A stretch of 63,850 bases of DNA, filler included, from Octopus bimaculoides (lineage: Eukaryota): assembly GCF_001194135.2 (NCBI RefSeq). It is 6 parts of 6 records of this genome, joined end to end, with 100 filler letters (N's around TTAATTAATTAA, not from the genome) between each part and the next. Parts side by side here need not be neighbours in the genome. Positions count along the whole stretch, not along the records: positions 1 to 19,205 come from NC_068998.1; positions 19,306 to 30,213 come from NC_068988.1; 4 more parts are not named here. One strand, given 5' to 3'. Positions 12,488-25,260 of this stretch are shown here, piece after piece. Numbering within the stretch: the first letter of the stretch is position 1; the number at the start of each line of letters is the position of its first letter. The notes below the pieces were generated by a model. It was not told where the DNA came from, did no database searches, and saw only the letters and a program-made list of their open reading frames with translations. Made by a program: the position numbers and the translations under genes.

Positions 12488-14883
12488 CAGCAGCACTTAA
12501 TATTTACTGAGCATAAATTGAAACAGCTGTAAGGGACGATGATTAATTTGCTGTAATAATTATTAACTTCTCAATCTCCATTTTCTTCTTCTTCTTCTTA
12601 TNNNNNNNNNNNNNNNNNNNNNNNNNNNNNNNNNNNNNNNNNNNNNNNNNNNNNNNNNNNNNNNNNNNNNNNNNNNNNNNNNNNNNNNNNNNNNNNNNNN
12701 NNNNNNNNNNNNNNNNNNNNNNNNNNNNNNNNNNNNNNNNNNNNNNNNNNNNNNNNNNNNNNNNNNNNNNNNNNNNNNNNNNNNNNNNNNNNNNNNNNNN
12801 NNNNNNNNNNNNNNNNNNNNNNNNNNNNNNNNNNNNNNNNNNNNNNNNNNNNNNNNNNNNNNNNNNNNNNNNNNNNNNNNNNNNNNNNNNNNNNNNNNNN
12901 NNNNNNNNNNNNNNNNNNNNNNNNNNNNNNNNNNNNNNNNNNNNNNNNNNNNNATATATATATAATGTATGTATGTGTGTGGCGTTATTCATACATATAT
13001 GTATTTATGCACGTGACCTTCCAGACATACCTTATGAATTGTGCTAACGGTGTTTTTAATCTTCCAATAAACAAAAGAATAAATATGTCCGGGGAATTTT
13101 AGAATGATTGGAGTAAATTTTCAAGATTTTTACTTCTACAGAAAACACGAAATTATAATTACACTTTTGATATTCCGTAGCTTTTCAGTTTTGTTTTTTT
13201 CAAGCAGTACTGCTGCAAAGATGTATCTTATTGAAACGACCAAGAGATGGCGCTATCTAGGTGTTGTGATTGAGGGATGAAATGATAATAAAATTATTAA
13301 GTAACATCATTACTATGACAGAAGATGTGACCGACTAAAGGAGTATTTCATAAGATAAGGGGGACTTTCAACGACCGCAGCAGTAGTAACAACAGGAAGC
13401 AACAACAATCAGCACCTTACCACCACCACCACTACCACCAGCAACAACAACAACTACAATTATAAGTACTTTAAACCGGTTCTGTTAATATTCGAGTGTC
13501 ATAAATGGCTCTCGTCTTAGGATTACGATATGTCACAAAGGTAAGAAGTTCACCGAATAGAAAGAAGATCACCATAAATACCCAGCAACAAGAATATTTC
13601 ATGAGTGAATGAACGAATGTGTGTGTGTGTATTTAAGTATGTGTGCATGTGTATCAAATATGTGTAATCTATTTCATCTGTACATGTAAACGCGTGCAGG
13701 TAATATAATATAATATATATATATATATATATATATACATAATACGNNNNNNNNNNNNNNNNNNNNNNNNNNNNNNNNNNNNNNNNNNNNNNNNNNNNNN
13801 NNNNNNNNNNNNNNNNNNNNNNNNNNNNNNNNNNNNNNNNNNNNNNNNNNNNNNNNNNNNNNNNNNNNNNNNNNNNNNNNNNNNNNNNNNNNNNNNNNNN
13901 NNNNNNNNNNNNNNNNNNNNNNNNNNNNNNNNNNNNNNNNNNNNNNNNNNNNNNNNNNNNNNNNNNNNNNNNNNNNNNNNNNNNNNNNNNNNNNNNNNNN
14001 NNNNNNNNNNNNNNNNNNNNNNNNNNNNNNNNNNNNNNNNNNNNNNNNNNNNNNNNNNNNNNNNNNNNNNNNNNNNNNNNNNNNNNNNNNNNNNNNNNNN
14101 NNNNNNNNNNNNNNNNNNNNNNNNNNNNNNNNNNNNNNNNNNNNNNNNNNNNNNNNNNNNNNNNNNNNNNNNNNNNNNNNNNNNNNNNNNNNNNNNNNNN
14201 NNNNNNNNNNNNNNNNNNNNNNNNNNNNNNNNNNNNNNNNNNNNNNNNNNNNNNNNNNNNNNNNNNNNNNNNNNNNNNNNNNNNNNNNNNNNNNNNNNNN
14301 NNNNNNNNNNNNNNNNNNNNNNNNNNNNNNNNNNNNNNNNNNNNNNNNNNNNNNNNNNNNNNNNNNNNNNNNNNNNNNNNNNNNNNNTATATATATATAT
14401 ATATATATAGTGGATCGAATCCACTTCATGCATGCAAGATCCACTACATATATGTGTATGTGTGTGTGTATGAACATAAACAATTTTGTCTGTGTAATTA
14501 ATCATAATAATAGTAAATAGCCATAGTAATTACACGTTCCATTGCTGATTCATAAACTAATATTTACATTTATTACATGTGGAAGGAGGAAATTCTGAAT
14601 GTCTACAATTATTCTAATATGTGCTGTTTTATGTCTATACAAATATACAATAAACTTTTAATGAACACACTCTATCTAAACGTAATTTACTTACGTAATA
14701 TAAAGAACATCTGACCGAGATCTATCTATCTATCTATCTGTCTGTCTGTCTGTCTATCGATCGATAGATCAAGCAGAATACCCAAAGCCGGATGTATAAA
14801 GTGTTATAATTGAGCATTTCCTGTAAAATAAAGGGTTTCTCCCTACTTTTCTGGTCTCTTGTTCGTCGTAGTGTGATACTCAG

Positions 14884-14922
14884 CCAACTGTGGTATGCCG
14901 ATGATAGGCATACCACAGTTGG
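14884..14922. other. Perfect 16-bp inverted repeat with a 7-nt loop
   Basis: CCAACTGTGGTATGCC-GATGATA-GGCATACCACAGTTGG. Confidence 0.9.
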
Positions 14923-15206
14923 TCAGAGTTGATATGCCTATATAAGCATAGCATATATATATACACTCACTGACACACTGACACACACACACACACGTTG
15001 CTTCTGCTAAATATATATTTGTATGTATGTCTATTTTTATGTCAAGCTATGTCTGTAAAATCAATTTAACATTAACTAAAGAACTGCACTATTTTTGAAG
15101 ACTACATATTTATCGAACTTTTTATAATTGGGGATTTTAGTGACTTCTAAGTTTCGGCCTGCTACCATTCGGTCGGACTCCGTCTCTCTTTCTCTCTCCA
15201 TATATA

Positions 15207-15489
15207 CAGTGGCGGACTGGCCAGGTCACCAGCTTTGCCCGATAGCAAGTGGGTCCCTGTGTCATTAGAATCTATATATGGGGGCCCATGTTAGTATCTA
15301 AGGGGTCCATCCCCTCAAGTTCGAGAATTTTTTATTCACTCCTGGAAGAATACATTATTTCAGCCTGGCAGTGCTTGTAGACAGTTTGAAAAGAATACTT
15401 TAAAAAGAAAATTAAATGATAACGTTGTAGTTGTGGTTGGGCCCCCTTAGTCTATTGGCAACCAATATTTTAAAACTCAGTCCGCCAGT
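15207..15489. mobile_element. MITE, hAT-like termini
   Basis: Left end CAGTGGCGGACTG. Right end CAGTCCGCCAGT. Both are flanked by ATATAT-rich sequence and there is no ORF. Confidence 0.6.
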
Positions 15490-16168
15490 ATATATTGTCA
15501 GGGCCGGATGAAACACGTATAAATGTAAGGCGTTCTAACTATCTAAAACCCGTCCTTTGATATATCTCAACCTGTGTTATCAATGTGTCCTTCCCAAATT
15601 TGGGAAGGGGGTTGTTATATCTTGCAGTTTAAGCGATCGCGTCGGAACTTTCTCCTTCGTCTCATGATGTATCATGCATTACTGTATCTCTATGTACAGA
15701 GATGTGCATCGACGTATGCAATGCATCTCTATGCTTATGTGTACGACTGTTTGCACATTTTAAATGTCGGTGTGCCTCTGTTATTAGTCAATATGTGTTG
15801 ATAGTGTTTTTTTTTTTTATATAAACATACTTTGGTACGTATCTGTTATATAAGTTTATCAGTATTCCAATAAAGTGCGTGTAGGACTCTCTCTCTCTCT
15901 CTCTTCCCTCTCTCTCTCTCTCTCCCCCCTCTCTCTCTCTCTCTCTCTCTCTGTATGTGTATCTTTTATCTTTCACTTGTTTCCACACAATTTGTGTACC
16001 AAATTCACTCACAGGGGAATGGTCAGCCCCGGTCTATATTAGAAAACGCACCTCCAAGTTGCCGTGCATAGGGACCGATCCTCAAAACCATTTGGTTACG
16101 TTGCAAAGTGACCTTAACAACACAGCCATGATAATAAACATAATTAAGTCCATATGTGCGTGTATACA

Positions 16169-16199
<31 letters not shown>

Positions 16200-16391
16200 C
16201 TATCTGTCTGCCTGTCTGCCTGTCTGTCAGTCAGTCTGTCTGCCTATCTATCTATCTATCTGCCTCTGGCTGTCTATCTATCTATCTATCTATCATATCT
16301 GTCCGTCTGTCCTTCCGTCTATCCATCCATCCATCCATCCATCCTGTCTGTCTGTCCGTCCATCCATCATATCTGTCTGTCCGCCCGTCCG

Positions 16392-16426
<35 letters not shown>

Positions 16427-16624
16427 TAAATATGTCTATTGGTCTGTCTGTATAGTGTATGTGTATATGTTCACAAACACATCATTTTACCCCCCCCCCC
16501 TCTCATGCTGGTGTACTGTTGCACAGGTTATCACAGCCCAAATCAGTTATTTAGAGTTCTTATTTCATATCACAGGATGTATTCGATGCAGTTTGTCCTG
16601 GGATCAACACTATAAAGATTGTAA

Positions 16625-16835
16625 CCATCATCATCATTATCATCATCGTTTGACGTCCGCCTTCCATGCTGGCATGGGTGGGACGGTTTGACAGGAGCCG
16701 GCCAGGCAGAAGCCTGCACCAAACTTCTGTGACTGTTTTGGCTGGATGCTCTTCTTAGCACTAACCTCTCAGCAGAGTGGACTTATATGTGGCACAAGCA
16801 CAGGTAAGGTCAGTTTTGGCAAGGTTTTTACAGCT
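16625..16835 (-). mobile_element. Retroposon 3' tail module D (variant)
   Basis: CATCATCGTTTGACGTCCGCCTTCCATGCTGGCATGGG...GCTGGATGCTCTTCTTAGCACTAACC. Confidence 0.8.
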
Positions 16836-16961
16836 NNNNNNNNNNNNNNNNNNNNNNNNNNNNNNNNNNNNNNNNNNNNNNNNNNNNNNNNNNNNNNNNN
16901 NNNNNNNNNNNNNNNNNNNNNNNNNNNNNNNNNNNTATATATATATATATATATATATATG

Positions 16962-17465
16962 ATCGTCTCTTTGCAACTGCTCAGCTACTGGTAAAGTCTG
17001 AAACAGCTAAGACTCTACTCCCTGGAGAGATTTTGGGAGAGGTATGCAGTAATATATGTCTGGAAGATCCTGGAAGGAATTATCCCAAATTTTGGCATTG
17101 AAAGCTACACCAATGCCAGAACGGGATGACACTGCATAGTGCCAAAGTTCCCAGCAATGTCAATACGCTTCAGGACCAGTTACTGCAACACCTTGGATTT
17201 CAGGGGCCCACAGCTTTTTAATATTGTCCCAAAGAGCTTGAGGAACCTGCACAAAGTAGATGTAGGCGTTTTAAAATCAAGGCTGGACCTCTTCCTGTCG
17301 AGAGTCCCAGATAAACTTACCTCACGGCAAGAGGTGCAAATGAAGGTAGCTACATCAAACTCCATTCTTCACCAAGCACCACATATTGGAGGAGGCTCTC
17401 AGTAATAACAGTCTAACAAAATGGCGGTGCATAAGCATGGCCCCAGCTCTGAGCTGAAACTAGAG
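16962..17465 (+). mobile_element. CR1/L2-type LINE ORF2 C-terminus and 3' UTR remnant
   Basis: Translation ...LRLYSLERFWERYAVIYVWKILEGIIPN...NTLDFRGPQLFNIVPKSLRN...SRLDLFLSRVPD...ATSNSILHQ resembles the C-terminus of invertebrate CR1-group ORF2. Confidence 0.65.
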
Positions 17466-18124
17466 GAAAGAAAAGTATATATATATATATATATATATAG
17501 TNNNNNNNNNNNNNNNNNNNNNNNNNNNNNNNNNNNNNNNNNNNNNNNNNNNNNNNNNNNNNNNNNNNNNNNNNNNNNNNNNNNNNNNNNNNNNNNNNNN
17601 NNNNNNNNNNNNNNNNNNNNNNNNNNNNNNNNNNNNNNNNNNNNNNNNNNNNNNNNNNNNNNNNNNNNNNNNNNNNNNNNNNNNNNNNNNNNNNNNNNNN
17701 NNNNNNNNNNNNNNNNNNNNNNNNNNNNNNNNNNNNNNNNNNNNNNNNNNNNNNNNNNNNNNNNNNNNNNNNNNNNNNNNNNNNNNNNNNNNNNNNNNNN
17801 NNNNNNNNNNNNNNNNNNNNNNNNNNNNNNNNNNNNNNNNNNNNNNNNNNNNNNNNNNNNNNNNNNNNNNNNNNNNNNNNNNNNNNNNNNNNNNNNNNNN
17901 NNNNNNNNNNNNNNNNNNNNNNNNNNNNNNNNNNNNNNNNNNNNNNNNNNNNNNNNNNNNNNNNNNNNNNNNNNNNNNNNNNNNNNNNNNNNNNNNNNNN
18001 NNNNNNNNNNNNNNNNNNNNNNNNNNNNNNNNNNNNNNNNNNNNNNNNNNNNNNNNNNNNNNNNNNNNNNNNNNNNNNNNNNNNNNNNNNNNNNNNNNNN
18101 NNNNNNNNNNNNNNNNNNNNNNAC

Positions 18125-18500
18125 TGAGAGGAATTTGCCTGTATTGCGGGAAACGGCTTTACTCTTTATGTAGAGTGGTTCTCCTTCTCAAGGTCATACT
18201 CGTCTGTCCAATATAGTTATGTCCGCAACCCGACATAAATTAGGTTCTCAGAGGCACAAGTGAAACTAGTTTTAATTTCTTTAAAAAGGAAATCCAAGCC
18301 TTCAAGTAAGTTGGGACAGGTTCCACAGTTTGAGCGTCCACATTTTTTAACTGTTGGTTTCGTGGTTTTGTAGAGCTTCGCATTTGTTAGTAGTCTCTTT
18401 AGCGATTTGTGTTGCTTTTTGCATATGATGAGTTTGTGTGTTTTCAGGATGTCGTTCATTTTTGGATCTCTAGTTAGTAAAGGAAGATTTTGCACAATAG
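18125..18500 (-). mobile_element. Penelope-like element, linker and GIY-YIG endonuclease fragment
   Basis: KSLKRLLTNAKL...KKCGRSNCGTCPNL...FTCASENLIY, then IGQTSMTLRRRTTLHK. Confidence 0.75.
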
Positions 18501-19150
18501 TGCAATTCTAAGTATTACTCTATTATCAACTCGCACACAGTAGAGATAAACCATTTACCATTTCTGTGGTGTCACCTCCTTCCTTTGATGCTATAAGTAC
18601 GTGCTTATTTTGCTTAATGGCTAATCTTGCGTTGCTAGCAAGCATTACCAAGTCACGTAGGCTACCCATGAGCGCCGTGGCCTAATTTAGGAATATATTC
18701 TTAAAGCCCACTGCTGAGAACAAAATCTACTTGTCTTAGGCAGACAGAACGTTATCTCCTTGACTCTATTAAACAATGCACATTCCTAAGATTTAAAAAA
18801 AAAATTATTTTAATAAAACCCTCCCAACGAATGGACCAGCCGAAATTTCACCTTGCTGTTTATTCTGCATAGCATCTGTAAAATTTGGCACAAACATTTA
18901 CGAAATTATATTTGATTACCAAAAGTTAAAAGGAAAATAAAATACATATTAGGCCTTTCGTATGGCCAGAATGTAATTAATTTTGAATAATTTTTTGTTT
19001 TGATAATTTAACATGCTTTTTACCCTCCATTAATACCTAATCGAGTTCCCATGCTTGTCGTTACAAACATTAATTACGAACCTCTACATTTTGTGTTGTA
19101 GGGGTCTTTCGACTAGGGTCTCCAACTTGCCAATTTTTCCAGCTGATATA

Positions 19151-19205
<55 letters not shown>

Positions 19206-20569
19206 NNNNNNNNNNNNNNNNNNNNNNNNNNNNNNNNNNNNNNNNNNNNTTAATTAATTAANNNNNNNNNNNNNNNNNNNNNNNNNNNNNNNNNNNNNNN
19301 NNNNNTATATATATATATATATATATGTAAACATTTAGCAGAAGTAACTGACTGACTCAAGGTGCGAGAGTTTCGTGGGTTGGGATTTATCAAACACTTT
19401 GAGAAGTGCCAACACACGAAACTCAGTGAACTTGATTAACTTTGTTACTTCTGCTCAGTATTAATAAATATATAAATATGCTCATATTTTGTGTTTTATT
19501 TTTCCTGTTTGCTCCAACATACCAATATATATATGTGTGCGCGCGCGCGTACGTGTGTGTGTGTGCGCGTGTGTATGTGTCCCAGTTCATTTTTGTTACA
19601 GTTATCGTCTGTCCTATCTGTGTCAAGCTGTCTACAAATTTACCTTCAGATTCCAATTTCCTGAGCTCCAAAAATAAAACAAAACTTGAAATAAAGGCTA
19701 AACTAATCCACGGATTTTCACGGCAATTCACTGACAAAAGGAAAGATTAATGATTTTGTAAGTTATACGGAGGTGCCGCAACTTTCTATTTCTAGAAAGA
19801 AAGAAAAAAACCATAAACAGAAATACGTCGAAGTAAATCAATAAAAAAAAAAGAGAAACTCATTGACTTTACAAATAAAGTAGATAAAGCACAATTTGTA
19901 TAAGGCTAAAATACAAAATTATTTACATTGCCAACAATATCAACATTACTTTATTTTCTTTCCGATTCATTCTGGATACGTTTTGGTAATTTCTGTGAGA
20001 AATCTCAGCCCGCCAGATAATCATTTTGAGATTCTGCACATATCCTTGGAATCTTTACCATTTACAATCTATTTGTCAACATGTGTATTGAGTTTCCGCT
20101 TATTTTAGGGAGCGAGCGTAAAATGAAATCAGCGACTGTACGAGAAGAACTCTTCAAAATTAAGATAAAATAAGTACAAGCTTACACTTGAGATGAAGAT
20201 TTGTTTTCAAGTTACAGTTTGATTAAGCTGAGAAGAGGCTGATATATTCCAGACAATAATACAACAAAGAATACTAAAGTGGAATGGTTTATATTATAGG
20301 ATGTTTTATATAAGTTGGAGTCAGCGGTTTCCTGCCTCCCAAATATTCAGAATAAACACCAAAATATAAACTGTTAAAACAATGATGATTTCTTTCACAA
20401 AGGAAGAAAGTAGATGAGTGGGTGTAGACTATATCGATTCCAGTAATTTTTTGAGGAATTCTTGCCGGTTATCGACCAGGAAGACATAGTTTGAATATTG
20501 TTACATGCTTGTGTATGCGGGCGCCTGAGTGTGTTAGTGTATGTATGTTACTGTGAATATCCTGTTTAT

Positions 20570-21110
20570 CTGTTATCTTGCTGGGGCACCTCTTAGAAGG
20601 GTTTAGTCGGACAAGTTGACCCCAATTCTTAATTTTTTAAGTTTGACACTTAATCTATCGGCCTCTTTTGCCCAACCATTCAGTTACGGGGACGTAAACA
20701 AACCAGTATTAGTTGCCAAGAATCGGTTAAGGAGTAACACACACATAGAGACATACACATATAAAAATTCCTACATATATTTATAGGTATGGTGATGCAA
20801 ACAGGAAAAATAGGACTCAAATTGTTAATATTTAGCGAAAGCCACAGAGTGACTCAAGGTTCGAGAGTTATAAGAGTCAACGCAGGAAACACTCAGACCT
20901 TGAGTGACTCTGTTGCTTCCGCCAAATATTAATAAAAATATACATATATTTATACATATGATGGGCTTCCATATAAACTCTGTCGACCAAATTCATACAT
21001 AAGGTGTTGGTCAGTAGAATACATTTCCCTGGGCACTGCTTAGTGGGACTGGATCAGAAAACACGAGGTTGCAAAGCTCACTCACTCACCACACAGCCAT
21101 GCCAGCACCT
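20570..21110 (-). mobile_element. Old SINE family A copy interrupted by a MITE
   Basis: 3' half at about 20570-20760 and head at about 20960-21110 lie on either side of the foldback at 20822-20935. Confidence 0.65.
20822..20935. mobile_element. Small foldback MITE (about 40-bp arms)
   Basis: AATATTTAGCGAAAGCCACAGAGTGACTCAAGGT pairs with ACCTTGAGTGACTCTGTTGCTTCCGCCAAATATT. A related partial copy lies near 19325-19370. Confidence 0.7.
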
Positions 21111-21437
21111 ATGAAGGAATTTATTTTTTTATTTTTTTATTTTTATAGCATATAGAATCCTGTTGGTTTGTGATGTATTTTGACTATGTACCCCATATCT
21201 TCGGTAAAATATCGTAGACAGGAGAACAATTCCCATAGTTTCTGCTTCGTTAGCCATCGTCAGTGTCTGAATAAGCCCATTGTCCATCAAGCGACGGCAG
21301 CTTATAGATACATCAAAATGGCACTTATCATACACGTGAGTAAACTAATTCAGTTCAAAATCCGTAAAGGATGGACATTACTTTTTATTCATTCGGTGTC
21401 AATAAAAATATATGTCCTTAAGTAAGTGTGTGAAAAT

Positions 21438-21778
21438 GCATGGCTCAATGGTCAGAGCATCGGGTTCACAATCATGAGGTAATGAGTTCGATTCTCGAAC
21501 CGGGTCGTGCGTTGTGTTCTTAAGCAAGACACTTTATTTCACGTTGCTCCAGTTCACTCATCTTTAGAAATGAGTTGCAACATCACTGGTGCCAAGCTGT
21601 ATCGGCCTTTGCTTTTCCCTTGGACAACATCAGTGGCGAGGAGAGGGAAGACTGGTATGAATGGGTGACTGTTGGTCATCCATAAACAACCTTGCCCGGA
21701 CTTGTGCCTCGGAGGGGAACTTTCTAAGTACAATCTCATGTTCATTTATGACCGAAGGGGGCCTTTACCATTTACTCT
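21438..21778 (+). mobile_element. SINE family C, full length
   Basis: A box TGGCTCAATGG, B box GAGTTCGATTC, then TTAAGCAAGACACTTTATTTCAC core and a 3' tail shared with 12308-12487. Confidence 0.85.
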
Positions 21779-22313
21779 TAAGTAATTAATTGTGCAAAAC
21801 TGTGTACTGATAGAACTATTAATGCGTAAGATGGATACCTTGAGATATCTGTCCCAAGTCTCGGCGTTCTAATGGTAACGACTGCAGCATCACTGTGATG
21901 TTGTGTCGGCCTATACTCGGAGTTAATGTTGCATTACGACACTACGCGAAATTTCTCGTTAGATAATAAGGTGCTGGAAACTTGGAGTATCGACGGTGTG
22001 TGAGAACCATTAATTTCGGGTACTTCTGTTAGTATGCCCAAACGCATATATGTGTGTATGTGTGTGTGCGCGTATGTGCGTTTGTGCGTGTGCGTTACAC
22101 ACATACACTCATACATGCATACACAAATACATATATACATACATGCATACATGCACACATACACACGCATACATGTACACAAACTCGTATTCATTCATAC
22201 ACATATACGCAGTACACATCCAAACACATCTCAGTGACACAAACACATACAGACATCACGTATGCAAATACATATAGCCACATATAACACAAGGTTCTGT
22301 TGAATCACTTAAC

Positions 22314-24370
22314 ATGATTATGATAACACCGTCGCCGCCATCACCACTACCACCTCTACCACCACCACCACCACCACCACCACCACCACCACCACAGCCA
22401 TCAGCATCACCACCACCACAATTGCAATCATCAAGAGCACCTCAATCCTTACAACCATCATCGTCAACACCACCACCACGTATACTACCATCACTCCGCC
22501 GCCGAACACTGCCCACCACTGGAGTTACCACCACACACACCATCATCATCATAAGCACCATAATCGCTGAGCCAATGCTTGACCTGCTAAAACATACAGT
22601 CAAAATCTCTCCGAAATCACTCATTCAGAAAGAAAGCAGTATCAAGACAAAGGTCAGATGATATGAGGTCATGCATCGTGTGGTTCAAGAGTCACCCATG
22701 TATGGAAGTAAGATGGGGTGATCATGGGTGGAATACTTTTGGTTACTGATCTGCCCGATCAGGGTTGGCCTGGGGTTAAACCGAGAATAGCAACACAACC
22801 ATTTCCACAACATCATCATCAACAACAAGAACAATAATCAATACAACCGAACAACAGGAATAACCAATAAGAGACCACCATCACCACCACTACCACCCTC
22901 ATCACTATCACCCGCTATCACCACAACCACCACCACCACCATCACTACCACCACTACCAGCACCACCGCTGCCGCCACCATCCCTACCGTTACCACAAAC
23001 ACAACCACCACCACCACTACCACCAACATCATCACCACCATAACCAACACCACGGTCGGCATCACCATCATCGCGACTACCACCATCACTACCATAATCA
23101 CCGCCACCACTATCACCACCACCACCACCACCACCACCACCAACGCCACCACCACCACCACCACCATCACCACCATCATGACCCACAGCAGCAACAACAA
23201 TAACTCGTGTGATGCCACCCGTCCATTTCATCAGTTGCCTGGCTATTTCAGTATGAGACGCACCGCGGGAAACCTTGTGGCGGCGGCGCGGCGGCGACGG
23301 CGGCACAGCAGTCGCATACTGATCATTATTTCTATGTAAACAACACAGTACTTAGTTCTGATGGTTTCATTACAAGCATTTCTTCCCTTACCTTCCACCA
23401 CCACCACCACCTCCACCACCACCACTACCACCTCCTCCTCTTGATGATAATGCTACCACCCCCACCCATCCCTGCTACCGCCGCTACAACGTAACAACAC
23501 TAACAACAACAGCAGCAATAACAAATTGGTGCTAAGTTGTGAGGACTTCATTTGCTTACCACTGTTTTCCCATCATCGCCATTGGCACCGCTTCCACCTC
23601 AGCTCGCAAACGTTGCCATCGCTACAACTACCACTACATACCGTTTCCCACACTGCTACAACAACAACAACAACAACAACAACAAGTTAATGTGTAAGTT
23701 AGAGGGCTTCATCTCTTACCGTCTCTTTGTCATCATCATCATCATCATCATCATCATCACTGCCAACACCACTTCAAACACTACCACCAACACTACAAAT
23801 CTATCATCACCACAGCCAGCACTTTTTTTTTCCATACCACTTTTACCACACTGCCACAAGATAATGCTCAATTCCGAGGACTTCATCACATCTACTTTTT
23901 TTACCACCATCACTACCACTACTACTATCACCATCACTACCACCACCATCATCACCACCACCGCCATCTCTACCACCTCTACCAACCACCATCATCATCA
24001 CAAATGCCGCCGCCACCACGAAACATATGACACTACCTACTGTTGCTACAACTGATGCAGCAAAATAAAACAGAAACACGAACAACGTAATGCTTAGCTG
24101 TGACAGCTTTATTACTAGAACTTCTGTAGTACCTCTACTACAGCTACTACCACCTCCCGCCACTAGCATTATAACCGTTAGAACCATTAGAACTGCGACC
24201 GCCACCACTAAAATCACTGCCGTTGATACCACACTGCTGCGACGAAACAACAATAGCAAAATCAACATAACATTTAGTTGGGATGGCTTCATTACAAACA
24301 CTTCTCTTCCACCGCCACCTGCTGATGCTCCCGCCACCGTTAGAACACAATGTCAACAACAACAACAGCA

Positions 24371-24434
<64 letters not shown>

Positions 24435-24463
24435 TTTCTGCTGCTGCTACTGCTGCTGCTGCA

Positions 24464-24499
<36 letters not shown>

Positions 24500-24681
24500 N
24501 NNNNNNNNNNNNNNNNNNNNNNNNNNNNNNNNNNNNNNNNNNNNNNNNNNNNNNNNNNNNNNNNNNNNNNNNNNNNNNNNNNNNNNNNNNNNNNNNNNNN
24601 NNNNNNNNNNNNNNNNNNNNNNNNNNNNNNNNNNNNNNNNNNNNNNNNNNNNNNNNNNNNNNNNNNNNNNNNNNNNNNNNN

Positions 24682-24712
<31 letters not shown>

Positions 24713-25037
24713 TTACCACAATGACATTATTACCACCATACTCATACCATTAGGATTACTACCACCACACTCCTTACCATGGGTACTGCCATAACCACTA
24801 CTAACATTTCTACTGCTATTACCACCTCCGTTATCACAACCATCACCATCACTAACACTGCAACCACAACCACCACCACCATTGCTACCATCGTTACCAC
24901 CATCTCTACCACTACCACAACCACTACTGCTAACATTAATGATAGATATAAGCACTACAAAATTAGAATTTACCATCACCACCACCACTACTACCACCAC
25001 CATCAATTCTCACATCAACAACAATCATCATCTCCAT

Positions 25038-25086
<49 letters not shown>

Positions 25087-25260
25087 GCCACTACTACGTC
25101 TACAGAACAATGAAAACAGCATGAATAACTGCAGCAAAATAACACTAGGTTCTGATGACTTCATTTACTTGTGTACCCCTCCAACGTCAATAACCTCGTT
25201 GCTCCCCCCATGCCTGTTACCACACTAGCAGAACGACGACGACAACAACAACAACATTAT
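22314..25260. repeat. Compound trinucleotide satellite (CAC/CAT/TAC/AAC) punctuated by a recurring ~30-bp motif
   Basis: Motif of about RTAATRCTTAGTTSTGAKGRCTTCAT at about 23348, 23526, 23688, 23861, 24087, 24266 and 25141. Confidence 0.8.

Noticed and set aside
19250-19261. TTAATTAATTAA embedded in N gaps (also about 30258, 43887, 61349 and 62555)
   Set aside because: It is an identical six-frame-stop spacer always surrounded by Ns, so it is an assembly linker and not biology.
21235-21280. Possible minus-strand hammerhead (CUGACGA ... GAAAC)
   Set aside because: There is no valid UH site or stem I, and stem II is bulged.
21438-21515. tRNA gene-like A and B boxes (also in other SINE heads and near 58880)
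   Set aside because: They continue into SINE bodies found in several copies, and no complete cloverleaf is evident.
21835-22025. CpG-rich minus-strand exon-like block
   Set aside because: All three frames contain stops between the candidate splice sites.
23340-25170. CRISPR-like repeat-spacer appearance
   Set aside because: The context is eukaryotic, the repeats are degenerate, the spacers are long simple repeats, and there are no cas genes.
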